Part shown: positions 8,602 through 17,749 of the stretch, one piece after another
How the letters are laid out: every line of letters starts with the position of its first letter
How positions within the stretch are numbered: position 1 is the first letter of the stretch
DNA from: a virus
Lineage: Duplodnaviria > Caudoviricetes
Virus record (IMG/VR): IMGVR_UViG_3300005805_000290
Span: 1-31,743 of that record
Reading direction: 5' to 3' (one strand)
Length of the DNA: 31,743 bases
Made by a program: the position numbers and the translations under genes
Notes under the pieces: generated by a model
Database searches by the model: none
What the model saw: the letters and a program-made list of their open reading frames with translations, nothing else
What the model was told of the DNA's origin: nothing

Positions 8602-9582
8602 ATGAGCGTTGCACTTATTGTTGGCATCACTGGTCAAGATGGCAAACTTCTTACTAAATATCTGTCGTCATTAAACTATAGAATATTTGGTATCACTCAC
8701 GGACAAGATTTAAATAAAAGAGAATTTTTTAATGACTTTCCTAATGTAACTTTGCTTGAAGCAGACGTACAAGATATTAATAGTTTATATAATGCATATA
8801 TTTATTGCGGATACCCACGGGAAGTTTATAACCTATCAGCAGTAAGTTCTGTAGGTTTATCATGGAAGCAACCCAGTCTATCTTATGAGGTTACTGGTTT
8901 AGGAACATATAATTTATTAAGTTCTATTTATAATTATTATTCAGATTTAGATAATTCAGAACAATATATAAAGATTTTTCATGCATCTAGTTCAGAAATA
9001 TTTGGTAATTCGAAAGATATACCACAAAATGAAAATACAAAGATAGATCCAATATCACCCTATGGCATAGCAAAAGCATTTGCACATAATAATATAAAGA
9101 TGTTTAGAGAAGGATATAATATGTGGGCATGTTCAGGAATTTTATACAATCATTCATCTTTTTATAGAGGTGAGGAGTTTGTAACTAAAAAAATTACAAA
9201 GGCAATTGCTAGAATAAAGTTAGGAAAACAAAATAAATTAGAATTAAAAAATATAGATCATGTAGGTGATTGGGGTTTTGCAGAGGATTATATAAAAGCA
9301 ATGCACTTAATGCTACAAAATAAAAAACCACAAGATTACATTATATCTTCTGGTGAAAAACATTCACTCAGAGAAATGATAGATATAGGCTTTAAACATG
9401 TAGGCATAGATACGTGGGACAAAGTTGTTTCGTATAATAAAGATAGTGGTAGACCTACTAATACTAATCAATTATTTGGAGATAACTCTAAAATAAAAAC
9501 AGAGTTAGGTTGGAGTCCAGAGCATACGTTTGAACAATGGGTATGTAAAGTAATAGATCAGGAGTTAGATTATGAGCAATAA
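8602..9582 (+). CDS. gmd: GDP-mannose 4,6-dehydratase
   Basis: GITGQDG, ASSSEIFG, PISPYGIAK, ILYNH, FVTKKI, DWGFAEDY. Confidence 0.88.
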   Translation: MSVALIVGITGQDGKLLTKYLSSLNYRIFGITHGQDLNKREFFNDFPNVTLLEADVQDINSLYNAYIYCGYPREVYNLSAVSSVGLSWKQPSLSYEVTGLGTYNLLSSIYNYYSDLDNSEQYIKIFHASSSEIFGNSKDIPQNENTKIDPISPYGIAKAFAHNNIKMFREGYNMWACSGILYNHSSFYRGEEFVTKKITKAIARIKLGKQNKLELKNIDHVGDWGFAEDYIKAMHLMLQNKKPQDYIISSGEKHSLREMIDIGFKHVGIDTWDKVVSYNKDSGRPTNTNQLFGDNSKIKTELGWSPEHTFEQWVCKVIDQELDYEQ

Positions 9583-10540
9583 AATATATCATTTTTATCA
9601 TATTTGGGCAGATGGACAATGGAAAGATCCAGTATCAGAACATATTGAAGCACTTACAATGTCTAATTTAATAAATAATATTTATTCTTTTAATATTGGG
9701 ATAGTGGGTACAAAAGAAAATAGAGAAATGGTTAAGTCATATTTAAATGAAAAAAATATAAAGTTTAATGTTTGCAAAGAAGTCGACAGTGGATATGAAC
9801 AAGAAACTTTAGATGAAATTTCTAATTTAGAATATATAAATAATCTTGATGAAAATGCTTATATTTTATATGCACATGCAAAAGGGTCTTCTAATACTGA
9901 AAATTTTGAAAAAGAATGGCGAAAAGCATTAACACATAACCTAATAATAAAGTGGGAGGATTGTGTTAAACTATTAGCAGATAATACAATAGTTGGCAAT
10001 CAATACACAACACAGCATAATATAGCACAAATTCCAATAACTGTGGCTTATCCAAAAGGCAAAACATTAATTAAACACGGTATGTATAATGGTAATTTTT
10101 GGTGGAGTCATTTAAAAAATATACAAAAATTAGGTAAAACTATAAAAATAAAAAAGCCTGACGGGACATATGATAGAGGTTCTGCTGAAACATGGATATC
10201 AAATCTTTGTTATACCGTAGATGGAGATAGTAGATTTAGTGCATATAGCATATCAGAAAATAATTCCAGTTATGGTGAAATAAACTCTAATATTATTTAT
10301 AATAACATAAAAGAATTAATAGATGATTTAAAAAATAATAAAAAGATAAAACAAATACAACATATAGAAGTTATAATTTTAAATATTAACTATGATGACC
10401 TATACGATACTCCTTTTAAAATTACATTAGAATCATGGCAAAGAATTGGTGGAGACTTAAAGTATAATCATGTTTTAAATTTTAAACAAACATTTTTAGT
10501 TAAAAGTAGTGGCGTATTATTAGAAGTTTTAATGTCATGA
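9572..10540 (+). CDS. Uncharacterised glycan-island protein (putative glycosyltransferase-like)
   Basis: YHFYHIW, GYEQETL, LYAHAKG, GNFWW motifs shared with 19060-19908. Confidence 0.55.
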   Translation: MSNKIYHFYHIWADGQWKDPVSEHIEALTMSNLINNIYSFNIGIVGTKENREMVKSYLNEKNIKFNVCKEVDSGYEQETLDEISNLEYINNLDENAYILYAHAKGSSNTENFEKEWRKALTHNLIIKWEDCVKLLADNTIVGNQYTTQHNIAQIPITVAYPKGKTLIKHGMYNGNFWWSHLKNIQKLGKTIKIKKPDGTYDRGSAETWISNLCYTVDGDSRFSAYSISENNSSYGEINSNIIYNNIKELIDDLKNNKKIKQIQHIEVIILNINYDDLYDTPFKITLESWQRIGGDLKYNHVLNFKQTFLVKSSGVLLEVLMS

Positions 10541-11313
10541 GCAACGTAATCTACACAATTAATAAACAATATTTAGACTTGTTTAGAGCGTCATGTCAGT
10601 CTTTAATAGATAACTCTACAGTTGGATTAGATATATATGTACTAACAAAGTATGGTGAATTTAGTAATAAAGAACAAAATATAATATCAAATTATTTTTC
10701 ATCACAAAGAGATAATGTAAAACTTACCTTCATTACAAGCGATCTATTTGAAAAGTATAGCGATGAAGGAAGGTTTTATAAAAGCCTATGGTTTGGTGAT
10801 ACGGTATTTCTAAGATTATTTATACACGATGCTTTACATAAGGATTGGGTAACAGTTTTAGATGCAGATACAATAGTTATTGATAACATAGATGATCTTC
10901 TTACAAGGGAATATCATATGCCTATAGCGGGTACACTAGATCTTAACTATACAAAGGATACAGAATACCCATACTTCTGTTCGGCGGTATATAAAGTATC
11001 ACTTGATTATTGGAGAAATAAAGATATAAATACTAAGGTATTAGAATTATTAAAAGAAGAATATCCATTTCCAGAACAAGATATTATGAATAGAATATTT
11101 TTACACAATAAAAGCATACTACCTATGAAATATTGTGTACAAAATTTTTATGCCAACTTGGGTCAAATAGCAGTGTTAAATAATCCATCAATAGTTCATT
11201 TTGCTGGGCCAGATAAACCTACACTTAAAGATTATGCAATGACCAGCAAGTACGATGTTATTTGGTATGAGTATGAAGTCAAAACAAAACCTTTGATGTC
11301 ATTGTTACATTAA
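10537..11313 (+). CDS. Glycosyltransferase family 8
   Basis: FLRL, VLDADT (DxD), PEQDIMN, IVHFAGPDKP. Confidence 0.88.
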   Translation: MSNVIYTINKQYLDLFRASCQSLIDNSTVGLDIYVLTKYGEFSNKEQNIISNYFSSQRDNVKLTFITSDLFEKYSDEGRFYKSLWFGDTVFLRLFIHDALHKDWVTVLDADTIVIDNIDDLLTREYHMPIAGTLDLNYTKDTEYPYFCSAVYKVSLDYWRNKDINTKVLELLKEEYPFPEQDIMNRIFLHNKSILPMKYCVQNFYANLGQIAVLNNPSIVHFAGPDKPTLKDYAMTSKYDVIWYEYEVKTKPLMSLLH

Positions 11314-12270
11314 AATATTTAAAGTTTCTTTATTAAGTTTTGATTTAGCCTTGTTATATCTAATTTGATAATCTTTTTTATAATCGTAAGTATTAAAGTT
11401 TTTATCAACAATATTAGATTGTATTACTCCCCAAAGATACCAGGTATAACTAGAAACTATACTATAAAGTTTAGCCTTGTTAGCATTTTTTTTATCCCAA
11501 TACCCAAAATATTCACTAATAATATAATCTAATTTAATAACATTTAAATCAGACTCTACCCACATATGACCTAGTTCATAACATGGATCGTTATTTCCAG
11601 AGTATTCAAAGTCTATAAATTTATATCCTGATTCTGTAATAATTATGTTATTTGACATTAAGTCATTATGACAAGCAACTGTCGGTCCTTTAACACTATT
11701 AAGGTACTTTCTTATTTTATTAATATAAAACATATTCTTTTTATGTTCAAGAAAAGATTCTGGTAGTTTATAGTTATTTTCTTTACATACTCTAAGAAAC
11801 TTATCCATTAAATCAAAAATATCAAAATCATTTACAAATCTTACACCGTTATGTAATTTTTTAATACTTTTTACAATATTAAAAAGCGTGGAGTTATCTA
11901 ATAAGTTGTCGTTATTAAGAACTACACCATCCAAGTATTCAGTTACCATCATTTTATTGATTGCATTTGTATACAATACTTCTGGCCCAATGCCACTTTT
12001 GTGTGCTATTGTTGAATTAAATGATTCACAAGTTCTCTCAATACCCAACTTATCTGCATTCTTATTCCATAGTTTTAATATTCTATCTTTATTATTATCT
12101 AATGTTATTCTAAAAACCCTATTGGTTGTGCCACCAAACATAGGATAGTATTTAGTCCAATTTTTTAATGGGGGTGTCCTATCTAATTTATTTCTAAATA
12201 TTGTTTGACCTGATTGATATGGTTCACCGAAAGGTGGTATGTTATTTCTTTTATATAACTCTTCTAGCAT
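11305..12270 (-). CDS. licA: Choline/ethanolamine kinase (LicA-like)
   Basis: GGTTN loop, Brenner motif CHNDLMSNN, IDFEYS..ND..YEL, WYLWG. Confidence 0.85.
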   Translation of the reverse strand: MLEELYKRNNIPPFGEPYQSGQTIFRNKLDRTPPLKNWTKYYPMFGGTTNRVFRITLDNNKDRILKLWNKNADKLGIERTCESFNSTIAHKSGIGPEVLYTNAINKMMVTEYLDGVVLNNDNLLDNSTLFNIVKSIKKLHNGVRFVNDFDIFDLMDKFLRVCKENNYKLPESFLEHKKNMFYINKIRKYLNSVKGPTVACHNDLMSNNIIITESGYKFIDFEYSGNNDPCYELGHMWVESDLNVIKLDYIISEYFGYWDKKNANKAKLYSIVSSYTWYLWGVIQSNIVDKNFNTYDYKKDYQIRYNKAKSKLNKETLNILM

Positions 12271-12313
12271 TGATCCTCTTTACTTTATGCTCACCCTGAG
12301 ATATAATTATAGC

Positions 12314-13105
12314 ATGATGCACAGATGTAATCAAGCCCTAATACTTGCGGCGGGTATGGGAAAAAGACTTAGTGAAGATAAGCCTAAATCACTCATAGAG
12401 TTTAATGGTAAGACCCTATTAGATAGAAAAATAGAAGTATTTAATAATAATGGTTTTGAAGAAATAATTATAGTTGTGGGATATAAAGCAGAAATGATTG
12501 AAGATGCTGTTAAAAAATATGACAATGTAACATTAATTTATAATTCAAACTATAAAGAAAGTCAAACTATGGAATCAATATCTGCAGCAGTTCCATACAT
12601 CAAATATTGCTGTGTACAAACAGAGGGAGATTTAACTTTTGACCCAATGGTTATTGATGAACTTCTGTTAAATTCTTCAAATACCATGGTGCATAGTGAA
12701 ATTAAAGAAACAAATTCTGTTTCTATACCACATTTTGTTAATGGTAGGTTAAACGGATTTAGAAGAGAAGTGGAATATAGAAGCGGAATACAACAACCAC
12801 CTAATTTTGTTGGACCCTCTCACTTTACAAAGAATATGCTAGAGTCCATGACTAAACATAATATTGATAGTGATTATAAGTTACTTTATGAAGAGGCTGT
12901 TGCAAAAGCGGTAGAATTAGATTCTATACCTCTTTCAATTTTATATTATCCTAAATTAAGATATTGGGATTTAAACAAGCAAGAAGATTTTGAAAAAGTA
13001 GAAAGTCTTATTAAAACGCTAGATGAGGAAGATTCTTTGACCAAAGGTCCCAATCATTTGGGTAATCAAAATCTTCTGTTTCATCATCCCATTCTACCCA
13101 ATTAA
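12314..13105 (+). CDS. licC: Phosphocholine cytidylyltransferase (LicC-like NTP transferase)
   Basis: ALILAAGMGKRL, PKSL, IVVGYK, LIYN..Y, EGDL; start at ATG 12314 just after TATAAT 12302-12307. Confidence 0.8.
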   Translation: MMHRCNQALILAAGMGKRLSEDKPKSLIEFNGKTLLDRKIEVFNNNGFEEIIIVVGYKAEMIEDAVKKYDNVTLIYNSNYKESQTMESISAAVPYIKYCCVQTEGDLTFDPMVIDELLLNSSNTMVHSEIKETNSVSIPHFVNGRLNGFRREVEYRSGIQQPPNFVGPSHFTKNMLESMTKHNIDSDYKLLYEEAVAKAVELDSIPLSILYYPKLRYWDLNKQEDFEKVESLIKTLDEEDSLTKGPNHLGNQNLLFHHPILPN

Positions 13106-13790
13106 AATTTTCTTTTAAATGAGGATCTTCTGTATCAAGTCCAGCCATTATTCTATAAGTCATTTTTGAAGACTCTTCCATTATCCAAGGGTAACCCATT
13201 TCTCCATTTTTATATTTTTCTACATATTCTTTTGTTAATTTTGAAGCAAGTTCAGCAGACTGTTTAAGTTTATTTATGTGGGTATGATTATAATACCAGG
13301 CAAACATTTCTCCATAAATTTTTTTAGTAATTTCAGAGTTCCTCCATCTTGCATAAAAATGCCAATCTTTTGATTGATTATTTATTAAATGTTTTATTAA
13401 TTCTTCTGTATAATATATGTCTCCATATAATTGAATAGTTATGCCACTTTCATTAGACATACCCTCTGTGCTTGAAAATTCATGATCTGGGTATAGAGAG
13501 TCTTTATCAAAAACTGTTTCAGCCCAATTGCATCCAGGAATTATATACGAGTCAACATTTCTTTTATTACAAGATACCCAAACGTTATCTGCATTGTTTT
13601 GTAACAAAAGTCTTTGAGTTCTATGTATAAGTGGTTCACCCTTTATAGGTATTAAGTGCTTAGGAACTCCTAAATAGTTGTTCCACCTATCTGGTTGATT
13701 TAATGGGTAAATTTCTTTATATATTTTTATATATTCGTCAATATTATCTAGATTTCTATCTCCAGCAAGTATTATAAACTTTTTATCCAT
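13011..13790 (-). CDS. Second nucleotidyltransferase-like protein (LicC/NTP_transf-like)
   Basis: IILAG, RW.NYLGVPKHLIPIKGEPLI.RT, LYGDIYY, TEDFDYP.D. Confidence 0.7.
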   Translation of the reverse strand: MDKKFIILAGDRNLDNIDEYIKIYKEIYPLNQPDRWNNYLGVPKHLIPIKGEPLIHRTQRLLLQNNADNVWVSCNKRNVDSYIIPGCNWAETVFDKDSLYPDHEFSSTEGMSNESGITIQLYGDIYYTEELIKHLINNQSKDWHFYARWRNSEITKKIYGEMFAWYYNHTHINKLKQSAELASKLTKEYVEKYKNGEMGYPWIMEESSKMTYRIMAGLDTEDPHLKENFNWVEWDDETEDFDYPNDWDLWSKNLPHLAF

Positions 13791-13828
13791 AGACCCTATG
13801 GTATCATATATATGAAGATTGGAGTAAA

Positions 13829-14506
13829 TTGAAATTCTTAATAGGCACTACCATGGTTCCATGGAAATGTGAAAAAAACGAACATTTAGACTGGTTAAAA
13901 AATAGAAAGCAAATTATAGATAAGTTTCCTAATAGCAAATTTTTTGCAGCACTAGAAACCGATGTAAGAGGCATAGATCCTTTCATGGATGTTTTAAGAG
14001 CACTTGGCGAAGTTGGTGGAGAATATTGGACATATCAAATTAATGACCATGTTAAAAAAGTTGGATCTCAAAATAGATGGATAAGAATGGAAACTGGACG
14101 TAATCTTATAAGAGAATTTGCACAAAGAGATACCTGGTTACAGGATGCATCACAGAAAAATTTACCACCAGTAATTAATTTTGATGCAATAGTTTATATA
14201 GATAGTGATATAGAAATTACACTAGATATGATAGAGTCAATGTGGAATGCTAAAGGTAATATTGTAAGCCTTGATTTTCCCCATTATGGAGGCCCTAGCG
14301 TGGCGGGTATGATGATAAAAGCACCTTTATATTTTGATTTACCCTTTTATCATAACTCATATGAAAAGATTAATGATGATTTCAAGTTTCAAAAAGAAGC
14401 AGAAAAAAAGTTTGAAAAAGTACAAATATTAGATAATATTAAAGTAGAAACATTAAATAGCACTATTCCAGTAGAGGCTAGACAAATTCCAGATAGGATG
14501 CTATAA
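13829..14506 (+). CDS. Putative GT-A fold protein, paralogue of 6473-7183
   Basis: Shared FAAL(E/Q).D.RGI.PF and GGEYWTY motifs; YIDSD DxD; TTG start after GGAG. Confidence 0.6.
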   Translation: MKFLIGTTMVPWKCEKNEHLDWLKNRKQIIDKFPNSKFFAALETDVRGIDPFMDVLRALGEVGGEYWTYQINDHVKKVGSQNRWIRMETGRNLIREFAQRDTWLQDASQKNLPPVINFDAIVYIDSDIEITLDMIESMWNAKGNIVSLDFPHYGGPSVAGMMIKAPLYFDLPFYHNSYEKINDDFKFQKEAEKKFEKVQILDNIKVETLNSTIPVEARQIPDRML

Positions 14507-14507
14507 T
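14479..14507 (+). promoter_or_regulatory. hsp20 promoter
   Basis: TAGACA-17-TATAAT with extended TG. Confidence 0.7.
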
Positions 14508-14513
14508 ATTTAC

Positions 14514-14562
14514 ATATCCTGCCAAACGGGGGATATAACCACTCGCTATAAAAGGAGGCAAC
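14514..14562 (+). promoter_or_regulatory. ROSE-like RNA thermometer leader
   Basis: 5' hairpin 14514-14536, then CUCGCU-AUAAA-AGGAG hairpin pairing the SD with a bulged G. Confidence 0.6.
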
Positions 14563-14994
14563 ATGGTAGGCTCATTGCTACGAACAATGCAACTCGAACC
14601 CTTTTTCTTGGGATTCGATGACTCGTTCAATAAGTTGCTTGGATTAAGAAATGATCTTAACAAGCACATTTCTAGTTACCCACCTTACAATATCAAAAAA
14701 TTAAGTGAAAGCGAATTCGAATTAGAATTTGCTATTGCTGGTTTTGATAAGAGGGATATCAAGGTAACAGTGAACAACGGCAAACTCAATGTATCTGGAA
14801 CAATGTCTGATATTGAAAATGAGGGTAAGGAATATCTACATAAAGGTATTGCTACACGCTCATTCGTTTCAACATTTGCTCTAGGCGAACACGTTGAGGT
14901 TGAATCAGCCGAGGTAGATAATGGATTACTCAAAGTAAGAGTAAAAAAATATATACCAAAGCATTTACAACCTAAAGAAATTGTAGTAAAATAG
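14563..14994 (+). CDS. hsp20: Small heat-shock protein (Hsp20/IbpA family)
   Basis: YPPYNI, AIAGF, YLHKGIATRSF, NGLL. Confidence 0.95.
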   Translation: MVGSLLRTMQLEPFFLGFDDSFNKLLGLRNDLNKHISSYPPYNIKKLSESEFELEFAIAGFDKRDIKVTVNNGKLNVSGTMSDIENEGKEYLHKGIATRSFVSTFALGEHVEVESAEVDNGLLKVRVKKYIPKHLQPKEIVVK

Positions 14995-15027
14995 AAGATA
15001 ATTTCCTTGGTAGGGAAATCTCCTAAG

Positions 15028-15067
15028 AGAGGTGGGGTTGACAACAACCTCACCTTTCTGCTATTAT
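15028..15067 (+). promoter_or_regulatory. Hairpin after hsp20 overlapping the speD promoter
   Basis: AGGTGGGGTTG-ACAA-CAACCTCACCT stem; TTGACA(15038)-18-TATTAT. Confidence 0.55.
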
Positions 15068-15090
15068 TGACTTCTACAGATCGGAGAAGT

Positions 15091-15483
15091 ATGGCACTTC
15101 ATAATCATTTACTAGTAAACGGATATACCCTCCTGCCTCCAACTGATGAAGACAAAACTAAAGTGTGGATGCAAGAGTTAGTTGATTCAATTGGAATGAA
15201 AACAATTCAAGGTCCATTTGCATCTTATGTAACAAAAGAAGGTAATCGTGGATTAACAGCAGTTGTAATGATAGAAACATCACACATTGCAATGCATGTT
15301 TGGGATGAAACAGATCCTGCATTTATTCAATTTGATTTATATACATGTTCAACATTGCCTGTAGAAAAAGTATTGCAAAACTTAGAAAATCATTTTGGAT
15401 TATTTAACTATTCAACATTAGTCTTAGAAAGAAGCGATGGATTTAAGATTGTTCCAGAAGAGAAGTGGGATGATGTAAAATGA
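15091..15483 (+). CDS. speD: S-adenosylmethionine decarboxylase proenzyme (class 1b)
   Basis: GLTAVVMIETSHIAMHVW self-cleavage site and DLYTCS; start at ATG 15091 after GGAG. Confidence 0.9.
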   Translation: MALHNHLLVNGYTLLPPTDEDKTKVWMQELVDSIGMKTIQGPFASYVTKEGNRGLTAVVMIETSHIAMHVWDETDPAFIQFDLYTCSTLPVEKVLQNLENHFGLFNYSTLVLERSDGFKIVPEEKWDDVK

Positions 15484-15752
15484 CAATGCCAGATTGGTCA
15501 CAATGGGATTCTCAAAAGTTAGTTATTGAAGCAGAATATAGACAAAGAATGGATTTCTTTGAGTGGCGTGATTTAGGTATTGCAAACAAATGGATTTCAG
15601 AACCATTTTGTGATACACATGACACTGGTTACATGACAGATGAAGAAGAAGAGGCATGGGAAAACGGAGAAGATCCATGTATGCTAGTTTTTAGAATTTG
15701 GGAAGATAATATAGAAGTTGTAGAAGGCCAGGAAGTATTATTTAATGAATAA
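15480..15752 (+). CDS. Hypothetical acidic phage protein
   Basis: 90-aa ORF with ATGA coupling; FCDTHD and GEDPC motifs. Confidence 0.7.
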   Translation: MTMPDWSQWDSQKLVIEAEYRQRMDFFEWRDLGIANKWISEPFCDTHDTGYMTDEEEEAWENGEDPCMLVFRIWEDNIEVVEGQEVLFNE

Positions 15753-16008
15753 AGAATATGTTCTACTAGACTTTTGGGCTCCATGGTGTAATCCATGCAA
15801 ACTTATGAATCCAATTATTGATAAGATTGAAAAAGAATATCCTAATCTAACAATAGTTAGAATTAATGTTGATGAAGACACTGCGATGGTAGATAAATAT
15901 GGCATTCAAACTATTCCAACTTATATCTTAGAAAAAGATGGAGAGATTGTTAGTGCTGTAAAAGGTGCTATGCCAGAATATAGATTCAAAAAAGAATTAG
16001 GTCTATGA
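15745..16008 (+). CDS. trxA: Thioredoxin
   Basis: DFWAPWCNPCK, INVDE, TIPT. Confidence 0.93.
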   Translation: MNKEYVLLDFWAPWCNPCKLMNPIIDKIEKEYPNLTIVRINVDEDTAMVDKYGIQTIPTYILEKDGEIVSAVKGAMPEYRFKKELGL

Positions 16009-16157
16009 TTAAATATTTATATGACTCTTTTATGGCACTAGACACACTTAATAAAGTAATGGTAGTTATTATGATATTTCTATTGACTTTTACTGTTACA
16101 ATCACTATACTTGATTATAGAAACAAGGGCAAGCATATAGATAAGAAAAGGTGGTAG
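16005..16157 (+). CDS. 50-aa single-TM protein (not in ORF track)
   Basis: ATGA overlap; MIKYLYDSF...VMVVIMIFLLTFTVTITIL. Confidence 0.6.
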   Translation: MIKYLYDSFMALDTLNKVMVVIMIFLLTFTVTITILDYRNKGKHIDKKRW

Positions 16158-16159
16158 CA

Positions 16160-16354
16160 GTGAAACAAACAGAAGTAGATCCTTTCATGTTAAAACATTT
16201 AGTTGATGAAAGAGATAATGCAAAACTTAGTAAAGATCTTAAACTGGGATATAACTATGCTTTATATATGATTAATTCATATTATAAAACTTTAGGCAAA
16301 ACAATAGATGAAATTATTAATGAACGCCTTGAAAGGCTTGAAAACAATGTCTGA
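16160..16354 (+). CDS. Hypothetical protein
   Basis: GTG start after AGGTGG; in an operon. Confidence 0.6.
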   Translation: MKQTEVDPFMLKHLVDERDNAKLSKDLKLGYNYALYMINSYYKTLGKTIDEIINERLERLENNV

Positions 16355-16544
16355 AGAGTTTGATATAACAGAGTATCTTCGTCAAGAAAGAGATGATCAA
16401 GATGCTAAATTGGATAAAATTGTTTTTGATTCTTTACATCGTAGAGAAATTATGATGGCACAAAGGATCATTGATGAGAATACCCTTTGTTTGTCTGGGG
16501 TAGAACCATGTGATTTCTGTAGAAAAGAATTGGATTTAGAATGA
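16347..16544 (+). CDS. Hypothetical protein with C-terminal Cys cluster
   Basis: MSEEFD...CLSGVEPCDFC. Confidence 0.6.
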   Translation: MSEEFDITEYLRQERDDQDAKLDKIVFDSLHRREIMMAQRIIDENTLCLSGVEPCDFCRKELDLE

Positions 16545-16636
16545 TATATTATATAGCATTACTAACAACATTACAAACAGCATACATTGTATATAAAGAA
16601 TACAAGTTATGGTATTACAACAAATATATGTGGTGA
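16541..16636 (+). CDS. 31-aa hydrophobic peptide (not in ORF track)
   Basis: MIYYIALLTTLQTAYIVYKEYKLWYYNKYMW; ATGA coupling. Confidence 0.45.
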   Translation: MIYYIALLTTLQTAYIVYKEYKLWYYNKYMW

Positions 16637-16643
16637 TCAAAAG

Positions 16644-16714
16644 TTTGGGTTCGTCTAATGGTCGGACTCCTGCCTCCGAAGCAGGTAATATAGGTTCGAC
16701 TCCTTTACCCAAAA
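16644..16714 (+). tRNA. trnR: tRNA-Arg(CCG)
   Basis: TTTGGGT/ACCCAAA acceptor stem, GTCT/GGAC D stem, CCTGC-CTCCGAA-GCAGG anticodon arm, TTCGACT T loop (one T-stem mismatch); CCA not encoded. Confidence 0.82.
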
Positions 16715-16736
16715 AACAATATAAAGAAGGCAATAT

Positions 16737-17024
16737 ATGAGAAATGATTATGAAATATTTATAACAGATCGTAATACAGTTTTATCTTTAGATGAAGATG
16801 AGGTGTATTTTTTTAATACAACAAATTTTGATAATGATGATTTTAATGCTTTAAAAGACAATAATATACAGTACCTAATTGATAAAGGACTTGCTCTTAA
16901 GTTTGATTCTGAAATGATATATAGAATGTATTTAGGTTTTGTCAATAAAAATGTATGTATAGAATGTAAAAAAAGAGTTGGAAATCACGCAGTAGGAAAA
17001 GGATTTGGTAACTTGCCAGCATGA
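16737..17024 (+). CDS. Hypothetical protein with C-terminal CxxC..H
   Basis: 95-aa ORF coupled to the next gene. Confidence 0.65.
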   Translation: MRNDYEIFITDRNTVLSLDEDEVYFFNTTNFDNDDFNALKDNNIQYLIDKGLALKFDSEMIYRMYLGFVNKNVCIECKKRVGNHAVGKGFGNLPA

Positions 17025-17749
17025 ATATTATAAAATTTATAACTAATAGGTTTTGGTTAAAAGCCGATTCATTAAATAAGCCAGTTGCAGCAAGCAAAGA
17101 AATACCATCCTGGTACTCAAAAGCAGATAGATTTATGAAAGATGAAAATGGTAAAAACTACATAGATCCAGAAGGATATACCTATCCAACTTTCAAGGCT
17201 TGCCACCCATTTATGGACAGCATGATTAGCGGTTATGTGTTAAAAACTCCTTGTGATATACACTTTTATATAAATGAAGATAATAAGATATCATGCAGAA
17301 TAGATGATGAAAAGTATAAAAATTTTTGTACAGACAAGGTACCAATGGATCAATTTCATACCCCTATCGGATATCATCAAGAACATTTTGCTTGGTTTAT
17401 AGATTGGGGAATAGTGCTTCCAAAAGGTTACAGTTCTTTATTTCTTACACCAATTAATAGGTTTGATTTGCCATTTCTTAATACTACAGGAATAATTGAT
17501 AATGACGTTACACATTTATCTGGAAACGTTCCATTCTTTTTAGTTAAAGGATGGACTGGGACTATCCCCGCTGGAACGCCATATATACAAATATTTCCTT
17601 TTAAAAGAGAAGATTGGAAAGCAGAATACATAAAAGAGGATACTGCTATAATGGGTACAAAAAATCATGACGTAAGTCTTAAATATAGAACTCCTATAAA
17701 TCAAGGGGTATATAAGAACGAAGACTGGCACAGGAGAGTATATGAATAA
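17021..17749 (+). CDS. Uncharacterised phage protein with a dUTPase-like beta-clip appearance (DUF6065-like)
   Basis: KAC.PF.D.M.SGY, PKGYS.LF..P.NR, TGIIDND, IPAGTP..QIFPFKRE. Confidence 0.5.
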   Translation: MNIIKFITNRFWLKADSLNKPVAASKEIPSWYSKADRFMKDENGKNYIDPEGYTYPTFKACHPFMDSMISGYVLKTPCDIHFYINEDNKISCRIDDEKYKNFCTDKVPMDQFHTPIGYHQEHFAWFIDWGIVLPKGYSSLFLTPINRFDLPFLNTTGIIDNDVTHLSGNVPFFLVKGWTGTIPAGTPYIQIFPFKREDWKAEYIKEDTAIMGTKNHDVSLKYRTPINQGVYKNEDWHRRVYE

